The notes under the pieces are model-generated. The model saw nothing but the letters and a program-made list of their open reading frames with translations. It was not told where the DNA came from and made no database searches. From Cetorhinus maximus (taxonomy: Eukaryota): a stretch of 64,000 nt of DNA. Positions 25,275 to 38,379 of this stretch are shown piece after piece. The position numbers were made by a program, and so were the translations under genes. Each line of letters begins with the position of its first letter. The first letter of the stretch is position 1. Where the stretch lies: NCBI RefSeq assembly GCF_964194155.1, contig NC_135891.1, positions 1,984,001 to 2,048,000 of the forward strand, given 5' to 3'.

Positions 25275-26040
25275 TTTTTTAATTCATTCTTGGGATGTGG
25301 GCTTCGCTGGCTGGACCAGCATTTATTGCCCATCCCTAGTTGCCCTTGAGAAGGTGGTGGTGAGCTGCCTTCTTGAACCGCTGCAGTCCATGTGGTGTAG
25401 GTACACCCACAGTGCTGTTAGGGAGGGAGTTCCAGGATTTTGACCCAGCGACAGTGACGGTGATATATTTCCAAGTCAGGATGTAACTTGGGGGGGGATC
25501 TCCCAGGTGGTGGTGTTCCCATCTATCTGCTGCCCTTGTCCCTCTAGATGGGTTGAGAAGTTGCTATCTAAGGAGCTTTGGTGAATTCCTGCGATGCATC
25601 TTGTAGATGGTACACACACTGCTGCTACTGTGCGTCGGTGGTGGAGGGAGTGAATATTTAAGGTGGTGGACAGGATGCCAGTCAAGCGGGGCTGCTTTGT
25701 CCTGGGGAGTGTCGAGCTCTTTGAGTGTTGTTGGAGCTGCACTCATCCAGGCAAGTGGAGAGCATCCCATCACACTCCTGATTTGTGCCTTGTAGATGGT
25801 GGACAGGCTTTGGGGAGTCAGGAGGTGAATTACTCACTGCAGGATTCCCAGCCTCTGACCAGCTCTTGTAGCCACAGTATTTATATGGATAGTCCAGTTC
25901 AGTTTCTGGTCAATGGTAACCCCCCAGGATGTTGATAGTGGGGGATTCAGCAACGGTAATGCCATTGAATGTCAAGGGGATTCATTCTTGTTGCAGATGG
26001 TTATTGCCTGGTTATTGTGTGAGACAATGTTACTTGCTAC
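25275..26040 (-). mobile_element. 3' fragment of the same second LINE family
   Basis: PLAWMSAAPTTLKELDTPQDKAA..., YKMHRRNSP; poly-T then the shared tail. Confidence 0.8.
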
Positions 26041-28777
26041 TTGCTCTGTGGCTCACATGCCAATCCACATGGCGCTTTTACCACAAACACCCGGGTTTTG
26101 GAAAGAAAAATGATTATAAAAGGAGAATGTTGAACATTAATTGTTGGTATTGGGCACCAGATGACTTGTAAGGGGTGCAGTAGCTTGGATTAGTGTTTAT
26201 GTTACTGGACACACAATCCAAGGAATGAGTTTAAATTTCATCGTGGCAGTTTGTAATTTGAACTCAGTTTAAGAAATCTTGATGTAAAAAACTGGTCTCA
26301 GTAGATGTGACCAGGACACTGTTGGAGTATCATAAACACTCACCACTGTCCTTTAGGGAAGGAAACCTGCCCTTCTTACCCGGTCTGGGCCTATATGTGA
26401 CTCCAGACCCACACCGACATGTCCTATGAAGTAACCTAACAAGACACTCAGTTTGGGTTAAACCACTTCAAAGCTGCAGCAGCTCATTAAAGAGTCCCAT
26501 GACTACCTCACCTGAACAACACGGGATGCTCAGTTGATATCTGCCTTAGCAGTGACATTCACATCCTGAGAGTTAATTTTAACATCTCACCGTTGTCCCG
26601 ATTATCTCACCGAGCCCCCTTTCCATCACAGCTGAATGCAAATATTTCAGATGCTCAGCAATCAAAACTTCCGATAAGGATAATCTGGTTGACATTAGAA
26701 TCAGCCGTAGAACCTCGCTTCCAGTTCTCAGCCAATCCCGTTGTCCCTGAGCAGAGATCTCCTGAGCCCCGTGCCCCACCTTTCGAATAGGGCTTGGCAT
26801 TTCATCATGCTGGTTCAGTTAAATCAGACATCACTCTGATAAGCAGTAATGCCACTCAGATACTAGGCCCACGGAGGCTTTCACCCCAAAGACATATGCC
26901 TAGAATCTGGCCCAGTGCTATCCGAGCACTTCATACTATTCAGGAAGTGGTCACAAGGGACATGTTCTATTTCCTTCCAAGAATTATTAGAAAAATTCAA
27001 TCTCAGGAAATGTCGTTTTCTCCAGGATTAGACAAAACAATGGCTTCCAGTGACTTTTGTCTGTCGGCAATGTTGAGCACTTTACTGAGAGAGACTTCAA
27101 ACACCTCCGAAACAATGTGGCAGGTTAAAGTGAAAGGATATTTTTCCTGTTTCTTGATTGGCTGTGGTTTTATATGTCTTATTCTTGCAATTAACTCTTT
27201 CATGTAAGTAATCAGTATTTTCAAATGCTTTGACTTCTCTGTTTCAAACAGTTCATTGCACTGCTTCCCATCTTATAATACTTAAATATACTTTATATGC
27301 TGTATATAAGCCTCATGAAATAGGGGACAGTATATAAGATATAATATAAAGAGCGCAGCGCCTCATCCTGAAGGAACGTGGATCAGGGAACTGACCACAA
27401 AAGGTCAATGCACCTGATTTTTAGAATTGATGATTTTGGAGACAACATGCCCAATTCTCTGACCTCAACTCCCATTGAGTGACTCTGAGCAGGCGCAATG
27501 AAGGCTTGGAAAATTCGCCCTAATGTTGTTGCAATAGTCCGACAAAAACTAGCTGTGGAGAGGAGTGAAATGAACACGGAAAGGAATGGGGGAAGTTTCA
27601 GACTAAAGAGGGAGATCGGGATTAATAACATTGTTGAGATAGAAACAGAAGCTCATCTAAAACAAACAATGAAGAATGAAGAGGCCCTGAGATAATGGTG
27701 AGAGATTTTATTTAAAGTTGGTGTAGTGAGGGGCAATGGATATCAAAAAATAAATGAAAAGACAGGAGAAACAATTGGAGTCAATGTTCCAAAAAATTGG
27801 AGTCAGGATTGAGCGGTTATGTATATGAATGCACAAAGGGTTCAAATTAAACTTGGAGAGTCATAGACATTACTAACCCTGGGGTGATGTGACCCGGTCA
27901 CTATAATGGAGACTGTGGGAGAGATTTTAATTCATTCAAACCCACCCCATTCCACGGAGTTAAAACCAGACCCTGTGACTCTGGTTTGAGCAGGACAAAC
28001 AATGCAGTATTTTCAGGAGCGGGAGAAAAGGAAGGTGTCCATATTAGTAAAGCTTTTTTCACAGCGCTGGAATGTAATGATGTGCTCAAGTGTGCAATCA
28101 TGACAGAATTCATAGGGATAGTGTTAAGAAACAAGAAGGGCAATTGTGTCAATCTTGGTGTATTTTGCAGACAGCAAACAATAGAGATGAGATAGAGGGG
28201 GGAGGTGAGCAGATAGTTCAGAGGAATAATCAAGGACAGGAAACAAAGATTGATAAAGGCAAGTATTGTTTGACAAATTTAACAGCATTTTTGTAGAAGC
28301 GACTGATCAGATTGATTTAAGAAATGTAGTAGATGCATGAATTGAATCTGGTACATTGAATTTTAGAAGACATTTAATGAGATACCTCACAAAAGGCTTG
28401 TTAGATAGATGTAGACATGTGGTAAAAGCAAATCAGGGACATGGATGGAATGTTCGTTGATGGACAAAAAACAAAGAGTTTGCATGTTTCTTATATTACT
28501 GAAGGGTCAGGAGTTGCATAGTAACTGCAGAGGTCAATGTTTGACCCATGTTTTGTTCACAATATTTAGAAAACATTTAGATATCCTGAAATTTTCTAAG
28601 GACACAAATGTAAAGTTTGGTAAATGGAGACAGACAATCAAATACTTTAGGTTAGAGGCCACAGGAAATAGTGAGGCAGGGCTCATGAAGAAAAATCTGA
28701 ACAAATGTTTGAACCAGGAGATGATACGGGGTTATGGTGAGAGTATCAGGCAATGGGATTAGTTTGGGGCTAATACA

Positions 28778-29690
28778 AACATTCACTCCCTCCACCACTG
28801 ATGCACAGTAGCAGCAGTGTGTACCATCTACAAGATGCACTGCAGGAATTCACCAAGGCTCCTTCAACAGCACCTTCCAAACCCACGACCACTACCACCT
28901 AGAAGGACAAGGGCAGCAGATAGATGGGAACACCACCACCTGGAAGTTCCCCTCCAAGCCACACACCCTCTGACTTGGAAATATATCGCCGTTCCTTCAC
29001 TGTCATAGAGTCATAGAGTCTACAGCACAGAAAAAGGCCCTTTGGCCCAATCAAATCTGCGCCAGTCAAACAAGTATCTAACTATTCTAATCCCATTTTC
29101 CAGCACTAGGCCCATAGCCTTGTGTGCCATGGCATCGCAAGTGCACATCTAAATGCTTCTTAAATGTTATGAGGGTTTCTGCCTCTACCACCCTTTCAGG
29201 CAGCGAGTTCCAGATTCCCACCACCCTCTGGGTGAAAAAAATTCCTCACATCCCCTCTAAACCCCCTGCCCTTACCTTAAATCTATGCCCCCTGGTTATT
29301 GCTCCCTCCACCAAGGGGAAAAGTTCCTTCCTGTTTACCCTATCTATGCCCCTCATAATTTTATACACCTCAATCATGTCCCTCCTCAATCTCCTCTGCT
29401 CCAGGGAAAATAACCCCAGTCTATCCAATCTCTCCTCATAACTAAAACTCTCCAGCCCAGGCAACATCCTGGTAAATCTCCTCTGCACTCTCTCTAGTGC
29501 AATCACATCCACTGTCGCTGGCTCAAAATCCTGGAACTCTGTTCCTAACAGCACCATGGGTGTACCTACACCACAGGGACTGCAGCAGTTCAAGAAGGCA
29601 GCTCACCACTGCCTTCTCAAGGGCAGTTGGGGATGGGTAATAAATGCTGGCCCAGCCAGCAAAGCCCACATCCAGTAAATGAATAAAAAA
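28778..29690 (+). mobile_element. 3' fragment of a second CR1-group LINE family (tail GGGCAATAAATGCTGGCC...CCCACATCC..GAATAAAAAA)
   Basis: Same sequence at 25275-26040(-), 4738-4893(+), 51314-51545(+), 33860-34010(-), 8215-8385(-). RT piece GVPQDSVLGPTIFSCFIN at 4440-4550(-). Confidence 0.8.
29005..29509 (-). mobile_element. Young CR1 3' fragment nested in another LINE
   Basis: (GACTCTAT)n tail; 7-bp duplication CACTGTC (28998-29004 / 29510-29516); open LERVQRRFTRMLPG...RRLRRDMIEVYKIM. Confidence 0.9.
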
Positions 29691-29709
29691 CGAGCTTTGG
29701 GGAAAGAGC

Positions 29710-30060
29710 GGGGCAGTGGGATTAGTTTGGGATTGATACAGGGTTCTGGGAGAGATTGGGGCAGTGGGATTAGTTTGGGACTGATACAGGGCTAAGGGGA
29801 GAGTTTGGGGCAGTGGGATTAGTTTGGGATTGATACAGGGTTCTGGGAGAGATTGGGGCAGTGGGATTAGTTTGGGACTGATACAGGGCTAAAGGGAGAG
29901 TTTGGGGCAGTGGGATTAGTTTGGGATTGATACAGGGTTCTGGGAGAGATTGGGGCAGTGGGATTAGTTTGGGACTGATACAGGGCTAAAGGGAGAGTTT
30001 GGGGCAGTGGGATTAGTTTGGGATTGATACAGGGTTCTGGGAGAGATTGGGGCAATGGGA
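29710..30060. repeat. 48/49-bp alternating tandem repeat (97-bp dimer), ~7 units
   Basis: Units start 29710, 29758, 29807, 29855, 29904, 29952, 30001, 30049. Confidence 0.95.
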
Positions 30061-30639
30061 TAAACCTGGGATTAATTCAGCAGAGAGTGATGATGGGCCA
30101 AGTGATCTAGTGGCTCCCTTCTTTTCTTTCAATGTTGATATGGAAGGTGTGATATATTAGTCCACTAGCCTGGCGAAGGCTGACAGAATGGTTCTTTACA
30201 TTGAGTTATTGTCTTGCTTTGATTCATGCCAACCCCTTATCAATGTTTATTACTCAGGGTCCAAAAGGATTTTAAAAGGCCCCACAAGCAAAGTCTCTAC
30301 CCCTGCCAGCTCACGTAACCCACACCCCAGCTGCAGAACCAGCAGGCATCTACACCCTCCCCCCTTTACCCTCTCACTGTGAGTTACCTCACTGCTGTTA
30401 GGCTGTCTGATCTCTACCAGTTTGACTCTCTACGTCAGGTCTGGGTGGGGGGTTAGCTGGTAGGGTTCCAGTCACACCCGCATGGAGATGCTCCAGCTGG
30501 AGGTTAAAATCCACCCTCAGAAACACAAACCACGAGACCTCAGCAAAACATTCCACATAATGCAAGAGTGCCTTGTACATGAAGCACAGAACGTTAACAT
30601 GCAGATCCGGCAATCAAGAATGCACATGGTGTGTTAGCT

Positions 30640-31860
30640 TTCGTTACAAAGGGATTAGAGTACAAAATACAGTTTTACCACTGTCACACAGGGCATTGGT
30701 GAGGCCACACCTGGAGTGCTGTGTACAGTTTTGGTCTCCTTACCTAAGGAAGGGCATACTTGTCCTAGAGGGAGTATAACAAAGGTTCACTAGACTGGTT
30801 CCTGGGATGAGGGAAGAGATTGACTAGACTAAGCTTGTATTCCCTCATTTTAGAAGAGTAAGAGGTGATCCAATTATCTTAGGGGTGGTGGTGGTGTAGA
30901 CTGGACTGGTAATCCAGAGACTCAGGGTAATGCTCTAGGGACCTGGGTTCGAATCCCACCACGGCAGATGGTGAAGTTTGAATTCAATAAAAATCTGGAA
31001 TTAAAAGTCTAATGATAACCACAAAACCATTGCCGATTGTTGTAAAAACCCATCTGGCTCACTAATGCCTTTTTTTAGGGAAGGAAACTTACTGGCCTAA
31101 CCTGGTCGACATGTGACTCCCCCACAGCAATGTGGTTGACTCTTAAAAAAAAATGCTCTCTAAACAAGGGCAATAAATGCTAATGCTAAGTGGCACCCAT
31201 ATCCCATGTACAAATCAAAAAGGGGATAGATGTGAGAAGATGTTCCCCCTGGCTGGGGAATGGAGAATATGGGGGCACAGTCTCAGAATAAGGAGTTGGC
31301 CTTTTAGGGCTGAGATGAGGAGAAATTTCTTCGGTGAGAGGGTTGTGGATCTTTGGAATTCTCAACCTCGAAGAGTTGTGGATGCCCATTGAATATATGA
31401 GGTTGATAGATTTTTGGGCACTAAGGAAATTAAGCGATATGGGAAGACCATAAGACCATAAGACATAGGAGCAGAAATTAGGCCATTCGGCCCATCGAGT
31501 CTGCTCCGCCATTCAATCATGGCTGATAAGTTTCTCAACCCCATTCTCCCGCCTTCTCCCCGTATCCTTTGATCCCCTTACCAATCAAGAACCTATCTAT
31601 CTCGGTCTTAAATACACTCAATGTCCTGGTCTTAACAGCTTTCTGTGGCAATGAATTCCATAGATTCGCCACTCTCTGGCTAAAGAAGTTTCTCCTCATC
31701 TCTGTTCTAAAAGGTCTTCCCTTTACTCTGAGGCTGTGCCCTCGGGTCCTGGTCTCTCCTACTAATGAATAGAGCAGGAAGGTGGCTTTGAGGTCAAAGA
31801 TCAGCCATGATCTGGCTGAATGGCAAAGCAAACTCAGCCTCTTCCAGCTCCTATTTCTTG
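30640..31860 (+). mobile_element. CR1 fragment with a nested SINE (30890-31225) and a nested antisense CR1 3' end (~31447-31768)
   Basis: ALVRPHLECCVQFWSP; CR1 sequence resumes after each insert; (TCTTATGG)n tail. Confidence 0.8.
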
Positions 31861-34819
31861 TACAGAAGGTAAAGTAAAGCAGGATGTTGAAACATGCTTG
31901 TGATATAGCTGTAGACTGTCAACTGGAAAGCACACTAAAGGCAGGTGAGAACTTTGACAATCCTGTTTCTCCTGAGAAATACAAAAACACAAAAAAATCC
32001 ACTTCCCTTTTTGGCCCCCTCCCCGCCTCGACAGGTTCCCCACTACTTTGATTTCCAGTAAAAATTGTAGTCAGGGCCCTGGTAATGGCACCAGACCCCA
32101 ATCGGTACATTTGGGGAAGGACTGGCTGGCTTCAGCTTAATCAGAACAACAACCCAAAGTGGGAAAATCACACTGCCAAGTTTAACTGACCACCCAGCTC
32201 ATTTCTGTCCCTGTCTAAACTTGTACCAGGGAAATGCCTCGGTCTCCTGGTACCTAATACAAGTAGGCAGGGTTAAAATCAGCCCTGTTGCATTGAATTC
32301 CATCTCAAGCTGTGGATTCATTAACTATGGAAAATGCAATCACTTGTAGTTCATTCAGTGTAATTGCTCCATTAGCATATCCATTCACTGTCTATATGTC
32401 ACATTAAGAGTATATTCCCAATTCAAAACCATTCCAAAATTACTTTGACTTATCAGCCAATCGTCATAAACCTTTTCATCCCCCAGAAAATTGAAGATTT
32501 GAGAATATTGATGGTATCTTGTACTTTCTGTAGATGTGCAGGTTCTCCAGTTACTGAAGGATCAGCTTTTTCCTGTCCAACATTTGTAAAAACAAAGATT
32601 TGTACAAAGTTGCTGATTTGGCCAGCTGTGTCACTGGGCGCTACTCAATGGGAGACTGGTTGCAGGGGAACGTTTTATCGGGAACCCCGCACCCTTCGGA
32701 CTTCTGCCCCGATTAAGTCCATGGTGAGAAGGCTCAAAATCAGCCTGCAAAAGCTCAAAAAGACGAATCTCTATTTTACGTTTCCCATCACCCTCTCTTC
32801 ATAGCAACATGTGATGCAGCTATTTGTTTCCTGCAACGCGCACGTAAGGGTCTTATCCCACTGCCCGCTGGCATCCAGCCTGCAGCAGGTGGGGGACTCG
32901 CCACCCAGGAACCTCAAAACTCAAACTCTGTCAGGGCTGCTAGAGGGGTCCCAGTGTGGGGTGGTGAGGGGAACCCTGGTTCAAACCCAGTCGCCGCTAG
33001 ATCGAGGGGCCTGGCATTGGGAAATGGGGGGACTTGCTGAGAGCCATTCCCTGCTCTTGCTCCTGACTCCCCCTCCCCCCCACCCCCCCCCCCATCACCC
33101 CCACCCCATGATCCCCCTCCTGCCAGAATTCATCTGTGGCTTAGGTCCCTAGGCGATCCTAGACCTCAGGTGGATATGATGCCGTCAGCAGTAATGACCA
33201 CCCCGGTTGGCACTGCCAAGCAATGAAGAACTGCTTGCCTCTGATTAGCCAGCAGCCCTTGGCAGGGGGGACCTCTGCCCAGTGGGGGCCTCGATTCCGG
33301 GGAAAGCTCACCGCTGGCCTGTTAAGTGTCTAATGTGGTGGGCCTTCCCCAAAAGAGGTGACATAGGGCTCTCACCAGCTCGCCAGCCAGTGGGCAACTC
33401 CCCTAGCGCCTACATTAAATTCTGCCAACTGTGTAAGAGGGGTGGGTGGTATGTGCTGTGGGGGAAGTGGTGGTAGAAACGTTTGTGGGTGGAGGGAGGG
33501 AGGTAGGGGGAATAAGGTTGGGAAGAAGTGTGGCGCGGCAGAGAGGAGGGCGGGGAAATGAGGTGGGATGGGGGCAGGAGGGTGGGGAAGTGGGGTGGGG
33601 TTGGATGAGGGGAAGGAAGGTTGGAGGAGAAGGATGGTGTGGGAGAAAGGAGAGTGGGGACATGGGTGGGGTGGTGTGGTGGCAAAGGGGGGTCAAATCT
33701 TGGGCCTGATCGCAACCATCATCAGCCATTCTCAGACATTTTGGAAGATGCTGCCAAACAGGACATCTGGAGGAGAGAAAATGTATCCAAATCAACAAAA
33801 CATGAGATTAACATCAAATATTCAAACTCCTGAAAACATGACTTTGAGACAGTTTTTATTATATTCATTCATGGGGTGTGGGCGTTGCTGGCTGGGCCTG
33901 TATTTATTGCCCATCCCTAATTGCCCTTGAGAAGGTGGTGGTGAGCTGCCTTCTTGAACCGCTGCAGTCCATGTGATGTCGGTACACCCACAGTGCTGTT
34001 AGGGAGGGAGTTACCATTATGGTGGTGTCACCATTTTAGATGTCAAAGTCTGGGATCATGGCCTGGCCCTTTCAATTACTTCAGTACTACTATCTCTCTG
34101 ACATTTCTACCTCCCTGTGTATATTGGAGAACAGCGCTAACACACACAGTGCGGCCAAGTTCATTCAGTCTCCCTCGCAAGTAAGATTAAACTCAGTTTC
34201 CCAGTTAGCTATTGTCTTTATGACAGCATAGTGAACGGGGGAATATATGAAATATTTATCTTCAAATTCAACTTATTCAATGAAAGGCAAATTTCAGGAA
34301 GAATTCAGATCTAGAAAGTTAAGCCGTTCCATTGTGGTGTTGATCAGGAGCCCATTGGACAGTCCGAGTGTTTCATAACTGACACTCATCCACGTAGAAA
34401 TGAAACACTGCCTCATTCTTTTTCCATTATTTGCACATTGCTATGGGGACAGTAGGTATGATTGGCAGCAGTGACACACGGTGTAGATCCATCTTCATAT
34501 GAGTGACGATAGCAGCGATTAAATTCTTGTGATTTGCCAGCATTGAACATTTCAGGGCCAACAGAAAGTATTAGACTGTCAGCCTGCTGAACATGGGAAG
34601 CACCGAGTGAACTCCCAATAAAATCACCAGGGGCAGAGGGTGTCCACTGAATATTCCTGTGCTGAAGTAGTGAGAAATGAACATTCCTTTTACACTGAAG
34701 ATTCTTTTATTTCCATAATACCAATTTTACCTCAGCTTCTGACTGTGTTTCTGAACTCTTTAAACAGATTCAGATATCGAAAATAAACTATACCCAGTAC
34801 CATTGGGATTAATTGGGAA

Positions 34820-36592
34820 CATGTTGGGGGCTGGGGGAGGTTTTTGGGGGCAGGGGTTGGGTTGTTGGTTCCTGGAGGAGGGTTGTTGGTGCTGGGGGTG
34901 GGTTGTTGGTTCCTGGGGGAGGGTTGTTGGTCCTGGGAGAGGGTTGTTGGTGCTGGGGGAGGGTTGTTGGTGCTGGGAGAGGGTTGTTGGTTCCTGGGGG
35001 AGGGTTGTTGGTGCTGGGAAAGGGTTGTTGGTTCCTGGGGGAGGTTTGTTGGTGCTGGGGGAGTGTTGTTGGTGCTGGGGAAGGGTTGTTGGTTCTTGGG
35101 GGAGGTTTGTTGGGGTCTGAGGGTGGGTTGTTGGTCCTGGGGGAGGGTTGTTGGTGCTGGGGGAGGGTTGTTGGTGCTGGGGGAGGGTTGTTCTTGGGGG
35201 AGGTTTGTTGGGGTCTGAGGGTGGGTTGTTGGTGCTGGGGGTGGGTTGTTGGTCCTGGGGGTGGGTTGTTGGTGCTGGGGGAGGGTTGTTGGTTCCTGGG
35301 GGAGGGTTGTTGGTGCTGGGGGTGGGTTGTTGGTGCTGGGGGAGGGTTGTTGGTGCTGGAGGAGGGTGGTTGGTGCTGGGGGTGGGTTGTTGGTGCTGGG
35401 GGTGGGTTGTTGATGCTGAGGGTGGGTAGTTGGTGCTGGGGGAGGGTTGTTGGTGCTGGGGGAGGGTTGTTGGTTCCTGGGGGAGGGTTGTTGGTGCTGG
35501 GGGAGGGTTGTTGGTGCTGGGGGAGGGTTGTTGGTGCTGGGGGTGGGTTGTTGGTGCTGGGGGAGGGTTGTTGGTGCTGGGGGAGGGTTGTTGGTGCTGG
35601 GGGAGGGTTGTTGGTGCTGGGGGAGGGTTGTTGGTGCTGGGGGAGTGTTGTTGGTTCCTGGGGGAGGGTTGTTGGTGCTGGGGGAGGTTTGTTGGTTCCT
35701 GGGGGAGGGTTGTTGGTGCTGGGGGAGGGTTTCTGGGTCCTGGGGGAGGGTTGTTGGTGCTGGGGGTGGGTTGTTGGTGCTGGGGGAGGGTTGTTGGTTC
35801 CTGGGGGAGGGTTGTTGGTGCTGGGGGAGGGTTGTTGGTGCTGGGGGAGGTTTGTTGGTGCTGGGGGTGGGTTGTTGGTGCTGGGGGAGGGTTGTTGGTG
35901 CTGGGGGAGGGTTGTTGGTGCTGGGGGAGGTTTGTTGGTTCCTGGGGGAGGGTTATTGGTGCTGGGGGAGGGTTGTTGGTGCTGGGGGAGTGTTGTTGGT
36001 GCTGGGGGAGGGTTGTTGGTGCTGGGGGAGGGTTGTTGGTCCTGGGGGTGGGTTGTTGGTGCTGGGGGTGGGTTGTTGGTGCTGGGGGTGGGTTGTTGGT
36101 TCCTGGGGGAGGGTTGTTGGTGCTGGGGGAGGGTTGTTGGTGCTGGGGGAGGGTTGTTGGTTCCTGGGGGAGGGTTGTTGGTGCTGGGGGAGGGTTGTTG
36201 GTGCTGGGGGAGGGTTGTGGGTGCTGGGGGAGGGTTGTTGGTTCCTGAGGGAGGGTTGTTGGTGCTGGGGTAGGGTTGTTGGTGCTGGGGGAGGGTTGTT
36301 GGTGCTGGGGGAGGGTTGTTGGTGCTGGGGGAGGTTTGTTGGTGCTGGGGGTGACTTGTTGGTGCTGGGGGAGAGTTGTTGGTGCTGGGGGAGGGTTGTT
36401 GGTGCTGGGGGAGGGTTGTTGGTGCTGGGGGAGGGTTGTTGGTGCTGGGGGAGGTTTGTTGGTGCTGGGGGTGACTTGTTGGTGCTGGGGGAGGGTTGTT
36501 GGTGCTGGGGGAGGGTTGTTGGTCCCTGGGGGAGGGTTATTGGTGCTGGGGGAGGGTTGTTGGTCCCTGGGGGAGGGTTATTGGTGCTGGGG
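34820..36592. repeat. G-rich minisatellite (GGGGGAGGGTTGTTGGTGCT)n, 20/21-bp units, ~1.77 kb
   Basis: Direct reading; roughly 85-90 units. Confidence 0.98.
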
Positions 36593-37776
36593 TTGCCGTA
36601 GCTGCAGTAAGGGCCACACAGTGACTTCAATTTTGAAAAGGCCTGAAAGCAGTTTTCTGAGGTAAACTTTCCCAAAATGATTTATTTGTAAAATCTTCAA
36701 GTCTTTGGAGACCAGCATGATTGGGAATCGGAAATGTGAAGTAGGAATAAATTGCTCATTCAAATTGTCATATTGCTTCCTCATGTTCGAATTCTCATGT
36801 CATATTATTTGCTCTCAGCCAGAGTCTTAAGAGCAGCATGGGTTTGGTGAAAATACTCTGCAAATGCTTTACTATACACTTGGACTTAAGCTCCCTAGTC
36901 CTTAGCAGCATTAAGTTGATAAAGGTATTAGGTGTTTGGATCCAGTCCGGTACAGCTGAAGAAAGCAATAGGAGGCACGGAGTGAATGTCACAAAGAATA
37001 ATTGTGAGGAAAGTGTCCAGATATTGTTACTGACTATAGTTGAACCCCTGGCAATGGCTCATTGTGGTAAAGCCCACTTAGTGTCACTTCCAATCGACTA
37101 GTCAAAAATCTAGCAGCAAACAGGAAGTGACAATATCAGTGCTTGAGTGCAATATGGCTGATTCTAGCTCCATGGTACTGAAAGAAACATTCAGACTGCA
37201 TTATACAAGGGAAACAAAACTCTGCATTATGTTACCGTTTTTTGTAAACATTTCGCATCACGGTGTAAATCTTTCTTAAATTGAAGGCAGGGATCTCTTG
37301 CTGCAAGTGCTTGCAGAGTCTACTCATCGAACTGGAAAAAGATTCAGGCTGTCGCTGTTGGGACTCACAGAGTCTTGGTGAAAATCTAAAACCTCTGCAA
37401 TTTGTAGCCACCATGAAGAATTTTGTGGATCTCATAAACTTCAGATTTTGAAAAGAAAGATTGCCTGAGGATAATTTGTTTTCACCAACTGATGATGAAT
37501 ACACATTACATTCCTACACTTGTCAGAAGTTTAATTAACAGGGTAATTTCCTGCTATAATTTATTTGAAAGTGAAGTGTGTCTGTAGTATACAGTGTGTC
37601 TCCTCAGCTCTCAATGGAGTCCAGACTTTACAAGATAAGTAGAGATTGCAAAGACCATTTGGCCCATCTTAATTCATGCATTTGAGAGATCTCAATAAGC
37701 CCTGCATTGTAACAACCACTTGCTCCTGATATGAATCCATGGATTTTTCCTCCAGTTTATCTATCTTCACACTCTG

Positions 37777-38004
37777 ACTAGGAATTTCCTGAAATGGTGT
37801 AACTGGCGAGTTGCACCAAAATTTCATTGCTACATTTTCAAGGGTTTCAGTGAAGATTTCGGAGAATTACAACGAGGAAACTCAGGTGTAGTGCAAAAAC
37901 TGACCTAAGTCACATGCCAAAAGTTCCCATCAATCGTTTCGGTCAAAAATCGGCATCACTCCGTGAAGCCTTTGTGTCAGTTCAAGTTTTCAGGAAATTC
38001 TGGG
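37777..38004. mobile_element. Short MITE inserted in an old CR1 fragment
   Basis: GAATTTCCTGAAA ... TTTCAGGAAATTC inverted termini. Confidence 0.5.
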
Positions 38005-38379
38005 TCTTTGTGTGAAATTTCCTGGTACTTGTCCTAAATTACGGTTTACTAGTCTGGATCTGCGTTCCCTAGTTCCACTCCTATTGTTCAAATTAATAAT
38101 CTGCATTAACATTCTCTATACCTTTAGTAATCTTATTACCACTATAAGGCCACTTTTCAGATGTGTCCTCTCCAGGGTGAATAGCACAGGTTTCTCCAAT
38201 CTTTTCCCATAATTCAGGCTCCTCACTCTGTAGTCTAGTCTCCTGCCTCTTCTCTGATCTGCCTTCATCACTTGAATGTATCCCTTGTGCAGTTTGATCG
38301 GTGTCATGTTGAGTTGACTAGTCTGTTGCACTGTCTACTCTTGGGCAATTGCAGTTCAACATCCTACTGACTGGGTTGA

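Noticed and set aside
30885-30965. tRNA gene (GGTTCGAATCCC B box)
   Set aside because: It is the tRNA-derived head of a SINE followed by SINE body; no full cloverleaf.
34803-36675. Long ORFs (up to 486 aa, G/W/C/V/L-rich)
   Set aside because: They are translations of the stop-free minisatellite, open in several frames; not genes.
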